From the IMG/VR virus record IMGVR_UViG_3300013902_000267: DNA of 64,000 nt; one strand, 5' to 3'. This DNA comes from a virus. Its lineage: Duplodnaviria; Heunggongvirae; Uroviricota; Caudoviricetes. Every line of letters begins with the position of its first letter. Position 1 is the first letter of the stretch. Made by a program: the position numbers and the translations under genes. The notes under the pieces are model-generated. The model worked only from the letters and a program-made list of their open reading frames with translations, did no database searches and was not told the origin of the DNA. Of the stretch, positions 53,414 to 62,682 are shown one piece after another.

Positions 53414-53884
53414 TCATTGTTTAATAGATTTTAACGAAATTAATGTAGTTCCAGATAAATCTATTAAATCTTTTTCTTTTGATGAAAAATCTAATATATG
53501 TTGTGTATGAGTTTCTTTAATTATACCATCGTTTTCCTATATAGGTTCAGGTTCAATTAAATAAGATAACTATTCATTATTATCTTTTTTATGTATCATA
53601 TATAATGTATTCTGTTCTAACGCATCTTCTATTGAAAGTTCTTTAGTTGAACCATCAGCAAAATATGTTACGCTTGGTATTGGTGCATCTAAATCATAAT
53701 ACGTCTAAATAATATCATATTTAGACGTATCTATATCATTTATACTTTTAATATTAGTTAAATCATCTTCATCATTATTTTCATCTACAATATCTGACGT
53801 AATATCATTAACTCCTGTAAATTTTACTAATAGACAAAGAATAACAAAAAAACCTATACTTATTGATATTACTGGATCTATCAT
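53414..53884 (-). CDS. Membrane-anchored acidic protein; TAG-recoded (4 TAG)
   Basis: N-terminal TM 'ISISIGFFVILCLLV'. 157-codon frame found only when TAG is read as sense. Confidence 0.4.
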
Positions 53885-53913
53885 AATCTCTTATTTTATT
53901 AAATTAATAATTA

Positions 53914-54147
53914 TTATTTACTCTCAAAATTAATAGTTGATACATCTTCCACTTTTTCTTTTAAACTATCAACTGTTATTGTATGTGTATTCTGTTGCTC
54001 TTGTAATGAGTCTACAATGAATTCCTGTGTTTGCTTAATATGCTTTAGCTTCTCTTCATAATCAATACGGAGACGATTTGCAATTACAAGCATCATTATA
54101 AATCCTAATACAAATAAAACAATAAATACTGTTACTATTATATTCAT
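53914..54147 (-). CDS. Small membrane protein (one TM plus a coiled coil); spanin- or holin-like
   Basis: 'IIVTVFIVLFVLGFIMMLVIA' TM segment followed by a charged helix. Confidence 0.35.
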   Translation of the reverse strand: MNIIVTVFIVLFVLGFIMMLVIANRLRIDYEEKLKHIKQTQEFIVDSLQEQQNTHTITVDSLKEKVEDVSTINFESK

Positions 54148-54264
54148 ATTATTTTCTAATTAAAATTTTACTTTTTATTTATAGTATATTAAATCAATAA
54201 AGTTTATATATTAAAATAAAAAATGGATAGATAGTTAAACGAAAAAACTATCTATCCATCATAA

Positions 54265-55302
54265 TTATGCTTGATACGAATACTTGTCAAACAATGATTC
54301 AATATTAGAGGGATGCACAGCATTTATGCCGATTTCATTGCATTTTTTCAATGTATCATGGAAATCATCTATAAGACATACATCCTTAACATTCCACTTC
54401 ATTTTATGAGCAAACTGCTCAATAAAAACGTGCTTATAATTTTTATTTCCGACAAACATTCGGTTCTCAACAGGAATCTCTGGGAAATATTTATCAAGCC
54501 ATTCATTCTTCTCATTCCACGCTATTGAATTAGCACATGCAGTCACAATATAAACATTCTTCATGTCATAATGTTTCTTAACAAAATCAATGATATGTTT
54601 AACAGGCTTCAAATTTTTAAATAGTTCGCTACTTACAAAATCTGAATTTCCGTTAATATCAAGTTTTGCCTTGCCATAACAAGCTAATGTACCATCCATG
54701 TCAAGAAGTAAATACTTATTGGTAAAATAATCAACGCGAATGAATTCATCTACCAATGGGATGTACTTATTCTTACATGCTTCAATACGTAAATTTTTCT
54801 TATAAATATCTTCAATTGGAACTTTACGAGTTCTTCCTTGAAGTCTATTTATACAAACTTCTACAGGAGTATCAAAGAATATACAAGTAATCTTATCTAC
54901 ATTTTTATTTCTTAAATAATCTATAATACTAAGATTATAATGATTATTAATTCCACCGCCGTCAAGAATAACATTACAATTAATCTTTGAACTATCTGCA
55001 ATAGCAAAAATTATTTTTCGTGTTATTTGAACCGACTCTTCATGAACAACTTCCGGATGTTCATCAGTATAACCTTTTAACAATGGTTTAATTTCATCAG
55101 CAGAAATTACTATTGTTTCATTTATACAAAGATTATCTTCAATTGTCTGAATAATTTTATCTAAATTACATTCATCAAATGGTTTATCTAAAATAGATGT
55201 TAACCATTCAATGAGATGCAAAATATTTGGATAATTCTCTTGAAGATATGTACTTTTACCAGATGCAGGCAAACCGAGGAAGTACGAGAACTTACTGATC
55301 AT
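54265..55302 (-). CDS. pnk: Polynucleotide 5'-kinase/3'-phosphatase (T4 Pnk-like)
   Basis: N-terminal P-loop 'GLPASGKSTY'. C-terminal HAD phosphatase 'LLLDMDGTLA' resembles T4 'IFDVDGTLA'. 'CLIDDFHDTLKKCNEIGINAV' resembles T4 '[23 protein letters not shown]'. Confidence 0.7.
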   Translation of the reverse strand: MISKFSYFLGLPASGKSTYLQENYPNILHLIEWLTSILDKPFDECNLDKIIQTIEDNLCINETIVISADEIKPLLKGYTDEHPEVVHEESVQITRKIIFAIADSSKINCNVILDGGGINNHYNLSIIDYLRNKNVDKITCIFFDTPVEVCINRLQGRTRKVPIEDIYKKNLRIEACKNKYIPLVDEFIRVDYFTNKYLLLDMDGTLACYGKAKLDINGNSDFVSSELFKNLKPVKHIIDFVKKHYDMKNVYIVTACANSIAWNEKNEWLDKYFPEIPVENRMFVGNKNYKHVFIEQFAHKMKWNVKDVCLIDDFHDTLKKCNEIGINAVHPSNIESLFDKYSYQA

Positions 55303-55327
55303 AACTAAAATATAATTTAATTTTTAA

Positions 55328-56911
55328 TTAGTCAACAGTTCCATCAAGAAGTTTATGAACTGCATCTTGACGAGTCTTTCGGATTTCAGCAAGTGTAAAC
55401 TCTCTTACTAACTTACCATCTTCAAAAACAGTCTTCAATTCATTCTTATCTGATGCTTCCTCTTCAGGCGTTACACGATCAACTGGTACATACTTACCAT
55501 TACCATCTTTTACAACCATAAGAAGTCCACGATGTGATTTCTTTGGCATACCGCATACTGTTTTAGGATCCTTATAAATTTCTATAGGTTTGCCATTAAC
55601 TTTACACCATGTAGACTTACAGGCTATGCCTAAAGAATCTCTGGATCGTACATTATAAGTAAAGCTTCCTATACCTTCAATAAGGTTAGTTGCTGCGAAA
55701 CCCTTATCTTCAAGTTGAGAATATGTATCCTTTTGGCGTTTCATATTAATTGAGTCTCCATAAAGAAGTCCAATATGTGGATCAAGAATTTTATATCCTT
55801 TTTCATTAAATGTTCCACCGAACGTATTCCAAAGAAATTCATAAGAACCCATCTTTACAAATGGATCTTCTGCTTCCGGATCACCACAAATAATTTTAAC
55901 AGGATCACCACTATCAGGACGAATTACTACACGCCCATTACGAGACATAATTTGTTCTTTATACTTAGGAACAATCTTTGTCAAGAAATACCAATAATCA
56001 TAACCATCTGCAACAATTGAAATAATACCATCTGGAAATTCATCAAGCATATTCTTAAAATAAACTTCATCATTTGGCTTACCTGTTTCATCTGTTGCAT
56101 TAGAGCACTCAATAGAATGTTCAGTAGCTGGAACAGTTGCAGCTATCAATTCTTTTTTAGGATCTGCATTATAATAATACTCAATCATCTTAATTGCTGG
56201 AACTGTTTCAGAACCACAAAAAGAAGTAAGATGTGCCATACCAGAAACAATAGATGCTTCAAATGAACTCATTCCTCTCATAGAGAAATCATGACATAGA
56301 AATGCAAGATTAGACATATCGTTAGGATTATAAAAACCAGTTTTCATAGCATGTCTAACAAGTTCACGTTTAAATACATCAGCTGTTGTTGCAGAAGTAA
56401 TTGGAAGCCAAAGGACATTTGAAGTCAAAGACTCCAAATAATTTGTGAGCCAAGCAAAATCAGGATGTGTATTTGTGATTGTTAAAATAGGGCATCCGAT
56501 TGGACAATATGAACCTTCAGGAAGTGCCTTAATACGAATAGGAAGATAACCAAGTTTATGCAATGCAATAATATGATCAACCCCTACTTTCTTTGCAACT
56601 GCTTCTCCTAGAAATGTAGTTGTCAAATCTGTATAAGTTTTTCGTACAGTATCTTCATCAAGATTAAAGAAATAATTATTAAATGTATTAATAAGATACT
56701 TCTTAATAAAATACTGAATACCAAACACAACTGCTCCCTCTGTAGCTTCCGGAAAATATTTATTACTACGAGGAGTAAAGTTACTGAAAAGTTGCGTCAT
56801 TCCCTTAGGGTACATACAGTGATGACCAAGCTTGTAGCCATCTGTCATAAGCATTGCATTAAGAAGTATGTCTTCTACCAATACATGCTGTGAATCTTTT
56901 ACGTTTGTCAT
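55328..56911 (-). CDS. nadV: Nicotinamide phosphoribosyltransferase-family protein (NadV/NAMPT-like; a Namat-type enzyme cannot be excluded)
   Basis: 'MLMTDGYKLGHHCMYP' resembles the NAMPT N-terminal 'DSYKVTHYKQYP'. 527 aa. Confidence 0.65.
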   Translation of the reverse strand: MTNVKDSQHVLVEDILLNAMLMTDGYKLGHHCMYPKGMTQLFSNFTPRSNKYFPEATEGAVVFGIQYFIKKYLINTFNNYFFNLDEDTVRKTYTDLTTTFLGEAVAKKVGVDHIIALHKLGYLPIRIKALPEGSYCPIGCPILTITNTHPDFAWLTNYLESLTSNVLWLPITSATTADVFKRELVRHAMKTGFYNPNDMSNLAFLCHDFSMRGMSSFEASIVSGMAHLTSFCGSETVPAIKMIEYYYNADPKKELIAATVPATEHSIECSNATDETGKPNDEVYFKNMLDEFPDGIISIVADGYDYWYFLTKIVPKYKEQIMSRNGRVVIRPDSGDPVKIICGDPEAEDPFVKMGSYEFLWNTFGGTFNEKGYKILDPHIGLLYGDSINMKRQKDTYSQLEDKGFAATNLIEGIGSFTYNVRSRDSLGIACKSTWCKVNGKPIEIYKDPKTVCGMPKKSHRGLLMVVKDGNGKYVPVDRVTPEEEASDKNELKTVFEDGKLVREFTLAEIRKTRQDAVHKLLDGTVD

Positions 56912-57106
56912 AAAATAATTTGTTTAAATTTTAATTTGATTACAATAATAATTTGTTTGTTTAATTATCTTGTAATCATTATTTATATATATTATTAATT
57001 AAATTGTTTATAAAATTCATATTAAAAAAATAACATCCTATTTTCACAAACAAGATGTTAATAATTCAAAGACATATTTATTTGAAAATTAAGTTGCGAA
57101 ATTAAT

Positions 57107-57652
57107 TTATGCAGCCTGTCGAACTTCCCAATCAATAATATCAACAACATACTTTTCTTTGTTGATAGAAATTGACTTAATATTTTTAAGTGAAAGTGTT
57201 CTATACTCAATAACAGAAGTACTTGCCTTTTTCTTTGGCATGAATCTCTTCATATACACTTCATCTTCTGCAGAAATCTTCTCACCATTAAGAATAATAT
57301 TATTCTTTGAATAATTATTAGGAATGTAAATCAAACATACATTACCTGTACTAATATATTGCATAACAACATTCTTTACAAGATGACGGCGATTTGTATC
57401 TGTTGCCTTATAATCCTCACCAAGAATCTTACTCATTGTCTTTTCATAATCCTGTCCAAAATGGAAAGTAACTGAGAAATCTGTGCGTGGTTGAAATCCA
57501 TCCTTAATATGTTCCTTAGGAAGACCATCTGTATTAAACTTATTCAACTTAATATCAGACTCACCATATACAGTGACATACTTACCGTTGCACTTTGCGT
57601 TAGACATAAGCTCGATAAACTCATCTACTGTTGTAATAATATTGTTGTTCAT
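57107..57652 (-). CDS. Hypothetical protein
   Basis: 181-aa ORF preceded by promoter-motif copy 2. Confidence 0.45.
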   Translation of the reverse strand: MNNNIITTVDEFIELMSNAKCNGKYVTVYGESDIKLNKFNTDGLPKEHIKDGFQPRTDFSVTFHFGQDYEKTMSKILGEDYKATDTNRRHLVKNVVMQYISTGNVCLIYIPNNYSKNNIILNGEKISAEDEVYMKRFMPKKKASTSVIEYRTLSLKNIKSISINKEKYVVDIIDWEVRQAA

Positions 57653-57687
57653 ATTCTTTATATTTTTAATTGTTCAACTTAATTGTT

Positions 57688-57710
57688 TTATTAACAATAC
57701 AAAGATACAT
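57688..57710 (-). promoter_or_regulatory. Conserved promoter-like motif ATGTATCTTTGTATTGTTAATAA (copy 2)
   Basis: Identical to copy 1. Followed by AACAATTAAGTTGAACAATTAAAAATATAAAGAAT and then the ATG. Confidence 0.55.
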
Positions 57711-57888
57711 GTTTTATTTCAAATAAAAAAATATTAGAAGAAAAAATTAAATATTTTCTCTTAAAAATTTATCGATAAGTTTTTTAACACTATTACATTT
57801 ATATTGTGTTTCTACATAACTACCTGTCCAATCAGTATGAACATGAAAATTCTCAAGAAACCAGTTTGCAATCTTTTCTTTATCCATA

Positions 57889-58188
57889 TCAATAATCTTC
57901 TGCATCTCGTGAAACTCTCATATTCTTTAAATCATTAATGAGTTTTTCACACTCTTTTAACAATACATATATAGTAGAAATAATTATCACTATAATAAAT
58001 AATAATATTCCTAATGCTATATAAAACCCTGAATCTTCATAATTAGAAATAAACTTAAAACATGTAATTATATATGTAAAAGTAAATGGTATTACTAAAC
58101 ATAAAATCCAATTTATTATATGTCTCCATACATGTTTCTCTATATATTCGTTTCTCTCTTTATGTGATTTAAACCATTTATTTTCCAT
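57889..58188 (-). CDS. Hypothetical membrane protein
   Basis: 99 aa with two hydrophobic segments. Confidence 0.35.
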   Translation of the reverse strand: MENKWFKSHKERNEYIEKHVWRHIINWILCLVIPFTFTYIITCFKFISNYEDSGFYIALGILLFIIVIIISTIYVLLKECEKLINDLKNMRVSRDAEDY

Positions 58189-58229
58189 ATTTCCTATTTC
58201 TTTTTTACATCATCAATAGTTAGAATACG

Positions 58230-58415
58230 TCACTTTTTAATATAAAATTTCTTTATAGATGGAGATTCCTGTATTTCTTCAAATAATGAACATGGACTAA
58301 ACCAATTATGTACAGTCTTAGCATATTCCATTGCTGTCTCTTCTGAATCGCAAACTGCAGATAATTCACGATTATATTCGTCACATGTACGATAAACTTC
58401 TACAACTTCTTTCAT
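58230..58415 (-). CDS. Hypothetical protein
   Basis: 61-aa ORF. Confidence 0.3.
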   Translation of the reverse strand: MKEVVEVYRTCDEYNRELSAVCDSEETAMEYAKTVHNWFSPCSLFEEIQESPSIKKFYIKK

Positions 58416-58434
58416 AATTATATGTAATTTAAAA

Positions 58435-58623
58435 TTAATTATTCAAATGTATATCATTAATACATAAAGGGATAAAAATATAAAATATATTTTCTATATA
58501 TAATGATAAAATCAAATTCCATAAATTATCTATAGTTAACATATTATAATACCAAAATCCCAATATAGTTAGTACGCTACCTATGATAGAACATAAAATA
58601 GTAAATTTATATATTTGTTTCAT
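58435..58623 (-). CDS. Hypothetical small membrane protein
   Basis: 62 aa, hydrophobic. Confidence 0.3.
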   Translation of the reverse strand: MKQIYKFTILCSIIGSVLTILGFWYYNMLTIDNLWNLILSLYIENIFYIFIPLCINDIHLNN

Positions 58624-59009
58624 TCTTTAATTTTTCTACCTAAAATATTTTTTAACATCCATACCAACATATTAAATGCAACCAATAATTTATTTTCTGT
58701 ATCATCAGTCTCTTCTGAATGAACTATATTATCACCTTTCATATTTTCAAGTTTCACCGAATAACTATCAATAACCATATAATATTCTGTACTCATAGTC
58801 AAATCTTCAATACGACGGTATAAATCTTGAAGAGTATATGTATAATAACCTAATTTATACTTAACTAATTGTTCACAATAATCTTTGTGCATATTTACAT
58901 TATATTGATTTTTACCAATATAAATTAATGAAGCATCTGAAATATCAAGTCCAAGCTTCACCAATATATCCATATTATCTTTTGATAATGTAATTGTATT
59001 CTCTTTCAT
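58620..59009 (-). CDS. Hypothetical protein
   Basis: The ATG at rc 59007-59009 ('MKENTITLSKDN') is preferred over the track start at 59030, which lies inside the promoter motif. Confidence 0.4.
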   Translation of the reverse strand: MKENTITLSKDNMDILVKLGLDISDASLIYIGKNQYNVNMHKDYCEQLVKYKLGYYTYTLQDLYRRIEDLTMSTEYYMVIDSYSVKLENMKGDNIVHSEETDDTENKLLVAFNMLVWMLKNILGRKIKE

Positions 59010-59020
59010 ATATATAATTT

Positions 59021-59043
59021 TTATTAACAATACAAAGATACAT
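59021..59043 (-). promoter_or_regulatory. Conserved promoter-like motif ATGTATCTTTGTATTGTTAATAA (copy 3)
   Basis: Identical 23-mer, 11 nt upstream of the ATG at 59009. Confidence 0.5.
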
Positions 59044-59147
59044 ATTTTATTTTAAATAAAAAAGAGATATAACAAAATAATCTGTTATACCTCTTATAAA
59101 ATATATCTTAAAATAATAAAAAATTACATAATATATTGTAAAAGCAT

Positions 59148-60137
59148 CTATGTTTCCTCATCAGCTTTTAATTTTGGATATGCAGCTCTAAGTATCTGTA
59201 ATACACGTGTTTCTGTCATTCCATGTTCTTCTGCAACTTGCCATGTATTCTTTTCACCACGTCCATTAATACCATAGCAATCACATACAATTTCACCATC
59301 TCTTTCACCAAGAACTCTCTTTACATTATCTTCAAGTTCTCTTTCAAGATCAGCGTTATTAAGATTACTATCAGGGTCTTTAAATGTCCTATTAGCTGTT
59401 ACATCACCTAATGTTGTTTTAGAATCATCATCATCCCCGTATGATTTATCCAAACTATTTGCACGTGTATTTGCTTCCATTGTTTGTGCAAATGTTTCAT
59501 ATTTCAAATCTGGATGTTTCTTTACGAGAACATTATAAATATCATCAATATCAGGTTCATAACCATTCTTATTATATAATTGATCCTTGATACGAGCGGC
59601 TTCACGAGCAATACTACCCATATTACGGGGAACTGCCATATGTCCACCTACCTCATCAACAGCAGTCATAATTTCTCTACGAATATACCAAATAGCATAA
59701 GAAACAAAACGTACATCTTTACCTGGCAAACTTGGATCATATGTATCTGCTGCTTGCATAAGTCCTATATTTCCATATTGAATCATATCTTCCTTTGGTA
59801 TATTAATATTTTTATACTTATTGACAACAGAAATAACAAATGGAAGATTTGCGGACACCAACTTATTCTTTGCCTTTTCAATTTCTCTCTTATTATCAGA
59901 ATGTTGAATAATATCAGCAAGTTTCACTTCATCTGCATGTGATAATTGTTTTTTCTTATTAATAGCATGTAAATATGCAATAGTAGACTTTGCTGTATTT
60001 TCATCCTGTGTAATAGCAAAATCATCATGCAAATCCATATGCATTCCATTATTAGCTTCATTGAGTTTCTTTCTAATAGTCTTAGAAACATTTCTCATGA
60101 TACTTTCATACAATGTCTTCTTTTCATTTAACTTCAT
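59148..60137 (-). CDS. Sigma-70 family RNA polymerase sigma factor
   Basis: Region 2 'GNIGLMQAADTYDPS...RFVSYAIWYIRREI'. Region 4 'TWQVAEEHGMTETRVLQILRAAYPKLK'. 329 aa. Confidence 0.7.
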   Translation of the reverse strand: MKLNEKKTLYESIMRNVSKTIRKKLNEANNGMHMDLHDDFAITQDENTAKSTIAYLHAINKKKQLSHADEVKLADIIQHSDNKREIEKAKNKLVSANLPFVISVVNKYKNINIPKEDMIQYGNIGLMQAADTYDPSLPGKDVRFVSYAIWYIRREIMTAVDEVGGHMAVPRNMGSIAREAARIKDQLYNKNGYEPDIDDIYNVLVKKHPDLKYETFAQTMEANTRANSLDKSYGDDDDSKTTLGDVTANRTFKDPDSNLNNADLERELEDNVKRVLGERDGEIVCDCYGINGRGEKNTWQVAEEHGMTETRVLQILRAAYPKLKADEET

Positions 60138-60186
60138 ATCTTGATAAAAATTATTTCAATATTTTAAATATTTATCTTAAAATAAA

Positions 60187-60219
60187 AATAGAGAATAGTT
60201 ATCGCAACTACTCTCTATT
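60187..60219 (-). terminator. Terminator hairpin (AATAGAGA ... TCTCTATT) with a U-run on the minus strand
   Basis: 8-bp outer stem plus inner AGTT/AACT pairing. Confidence 0.45.
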
Positions 60220-60231
60220 TATAATTATCTA

Positions 60232-60789
60232 TTATTCTATATTTAATATTTGTTTAATCTTTACTATGTCATCCTGTGTTATACCTGAATAACTATCTAT
60301 TTTTATAAAGTTATCCTGTTGATATGTCATCATATCATCATCGTCATCTACTATACAATAATCTATTCTTAATTCATCATCTTTAAATTTAAAATAATCT
60401 TCATCATAAAATTGTTTATAGTTTCGCACATTTGTATTTCCGCTATACATAAGGAAATAATGAATTTCATTTCCTCTTATTGAGTGTTCATCATGATATT
60501 TTGGTGTTATACCTACTATATATTTAATTAAACATTTCAAATCTTTATACTTATCAAACGCATATTTTGTTGCTTCTAATGAAATCTCTCTCCATGACGA
60601 TGATATAACTAATCTTACATTATAATTCTCACATAATTGTTCTATAAGTTTTACTGCATTTTTGTCTACAAAATGATCACCATTTTCTTCATTTATATAT
60701 TTCTTTCCTTCCTTTGTAAAACACCAATTCGCATATTGTTCAGAATTCAAAACACCGTCTATGTCTAAAAATAATATTTTTATATTCAT
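60232..60789 (-). CDS. HAD-superfamily phosphatase
   Basis: 'ILFLDIDGVLN' HAD motif I. 185 aa. Confidence 0.55.
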   Translation of the reverse strand: MNIKILFLDIDGVLNSEQYANWCFTKEGKKYINEENGDHFVDKNAVKLIEQLCENYNVRLVISSSWREISLEATKYAFDKYKDLKCLIKYIVGITPKYHDEHSIRGNEIHYFLMYSGNTNVRNYKQFYDEDYFKFKDDELRIDYCIVDDDDDMMTYQQDNFIKIDSYSGITQDDIVKIKQILNIE

Positions 60790-60792
60790 TTA

Positions 60793-61116
60793 TTAATCTT
60801 CATCAAAATTATCATATATTGAAATCTTATTCTTCCTACGTTCTTTCTTAGGTTCTATACAAGGAAAACAATACTCTCCTACATGCTTTATATATCTTTC
60901 ATTCGTATATGTTGGTTCACCTTTAAAATTAAAATTCCGTTGTTCACCATATGCAATATGTTTCTTTTTCTTCCATTTAACAACTTTATCTTTCTGTACT
61001 TCTATATCTTGTAAATCCTTATGTTTATTCTTTACTTTAAATTTTTTATCACATTCTACTACAAAACTAGATGAACCCTTATTTACTTTATGTGTTTGAT
61101 GATAACTTCTTGACAT
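60793..61116 (-). CDS. Hypothetical basic protein
   Basis: 107-aa ORF. Confidence 0.35.
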   Translation of the reverse strand: MSRSYHQTHKVNKGSSSFVVECDKKFKVKNKHKDLQDIEVQKDKVVKWKKKKHIAYGEQRNFNFKGEPTYTNERYIKHVGEYCFPCIEPKKERRKNKISIYDNFDED

Positions 61117-61132
61117 AATATAAATTTTTTAT

Positions 61133-61444
61133 TTATAATCTTTCTATATTTATAACTTTATCTGCTAATAATGGTTTTAATGTTTTATTAAACGTGTTTT
61201 CACTTATAGAAATTTTTTTATATCTTAATTTATATTCTCGTGTATTACTTTCAAAAGGATTATTTACTTCATATTTTAATTCAGAAGCAAAATATATTGT
61301 ATAATATATATTTGGTCTAACAGAATCATATGTTCTACTTATATTCTTTTCTATATATACAATGGATTTAATAGGTAAAATTATATTACTACATTTTATA
61401 TATTCTATATTATTTCCTTTACTATGATTTTTAAATTTTATCAT
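61133..61444 (-). CDS. Hypothetical protein
   Basis: 103-aa ORF. Confidence 0.35.
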   Translation of the reverse strand: MIKFKNHSKGNNIEYIKCSNIILPIKSIVYIEKNISRTYDSVRPNIYYTIYFASELKYEVNNPFESNTREYKLRYKKISISENTFNKTLKPLLADKVINIERL

Positions 61445-61448
61445 TTTA

Positions 61449-61853
61449 CTAAATATATCTTAAATCATCTGCATAATCGCACATATCTAAAAATTCATTT
61501 TGAAGTTCACTATCTATAATAGTAAATGCTCTGACTTCATCATATGATTTCTTGTCTGGAATAACATCACACCAATCTGCATCCACATCATATACTTTAT
61601 GCGTCGCTGTAGACATAACACGAATCATTGTTTTTTCTTTATATTCTTGTGTATATCCTAACGGTCCATATTCGTTAACTAATACTGTTTTCTTAAATGG
61701 CTTCATAATACATACAAGTCTTGTATTCATTTCATCTTTCTCACATGAATACATTCCTGGTATAAGCAATACTCTTTTACCTGTTGTTACATTTATATTA
61801 TATTCACAGTTACTTCTGAGAAATATCAAATCACCAATATTAAAGCACATCAT
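61449..61853 (-). CDS. Hypothetical protein
   Basis: 134-aa ORF preceded by promoter-motif copy 4. Confidence 0.4.
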   Translation of the reverse strand: MMCFNIGDLIFLRSNCEYNINVTTGKRVLLIPGMYSCEKDEMNTRLVCIMKPFKKTVLVNEYGPLGYTQEYKEKTMIRVMSTATHKVYDVDADWCDVIPDKKSYDEVRAFTIIDSELQNEFLDMCDYADDLRYI

Positions 61854-61888
61854 AATTCTTTATATTTTTAATTGTTTATATTCTTATT

Positions 61889-61911
61889 TTATTAACAATA
61901 CAAAGATACAC
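61889..61911 (-). promoter_or_regulatory. Conserved promoter-like motif (GTGTATCTTTGTATTGTTAATAA), copy 4
   Basis: Followed by AATAAGAATATAAACAATTAAAAATATAAAGAATT and then the ATG. Confidence 0.55.
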
Positions 61912-62091
61912 ATTATTTTTGATATAAAAAAGAAAACATAAAGAAATATCAATTTTTATAGTAAAAACAATTAAAATTCTATAGAAATCTTATTAAATTT
62001 TATAATATTTTTTAAACAAGTATAGATAAGAAAAGTCTACCATGACTTACATCATAATAGACTTATAGTACATCTTTAAAAATAATATCTG

Positions 62092-62187
62092 TGGATATAG
62101 ATGGACTCGAACCACCATGTATCTGCCCTAGAATTATGATACAAACTAACATCATATTAGTCGCGTTTACCATTTCGCCATATATCC
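62092..62187 (-). tRNA. Type II (long-variable-arm) tRNA, about 96 nt. The anticodon loop TATGATG gives TGA (Ser) if canonical, but position 33 is atypical
   Basis: Acceptor GGATATA/TATATCC. T-arm GGTGG-TTCGAGT-CCATC. Anticodon stem ACTAA/TTAGT. Unusually long variable arm (stem TGTATC/GATACA with a 14-nt loop). Confidence 0.45.
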
Positions 62188-62193
62188 ATATAG

Positions 62194-62266
62194 CAGGCCT
62201 GATGAGATTCGAACTCACAACAACATGATTAAAATTCGTGTGCTCTACCAATTGAGCTACAGGCCC
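62194..62266 (-). tRNA. tRNA-Lys (anticodon TTT)
   Basis: 5' GGGCCTGTAGCTCAATTGGTAGAGCA... T-arm GTGAG-TTCGAAT-CTCAT. Anticodon loop ATTTTAA. 73 nt. One C-A mismatch in the anticodon stem. Confidence 0.65.
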
Positions 62267-62374
62267 AAAGTTCTATTTTAAATTTCCACGCAATAGAACT
62301 CCGAAGATTTGTAGATCTGTGTTCATGGTACTTAATCTAATGCTTGTTTTTAATACTGACGTGTTAACCTCTTC

Positions 62375-62470
62375 ACCAAATCCCCGATTAAATAATATGT
62401 AATAGAGGGGATTCATGGGTTCGAACCATGGATAATCAGTAAAATCATGATATATCACGAATGACACCAT
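62375..62470 (-). ncRNA. tRNA-like fragment: T-arm (CATGG-TTCGAAC-CCATG) plus acceptor 3' strand, with its complement GGGGATT placed downstream. Degenerate, permuted or unusual tRNA
   Basis: The minus strand reads ...CATGGTTCGAACCCATGAATCCCC-(21 nt)-GGGGATT... I could not fold a canonical cloverleaf. Confidence 0.25.
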
Positions 62471-62682
62471 GACAATCTACGTTAACTGTAATACTAAAGC
62501 TCTTGACTCAATGCTAACGCTAAAATCTAGGATTCTGTTTATGCTAAATGTAATCAAGCTAATGCTTTAGTCAATTTACATATGTTATATATGATATTAT
62601 ATTCAAAGTCTATTATTCATATCAAAAATATTTTTAAGAAATAAATATCATAAATGAATCGATAACATTTATTATATAATAT

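Noticed and set aside
62063-62470. Track ORFs 62063..62251 and 62273..62470 (minus strand)
   Set aside because: They overlap the tRNA-Lys and type II tRNA genes and the tRNA-like element. They are spurious.
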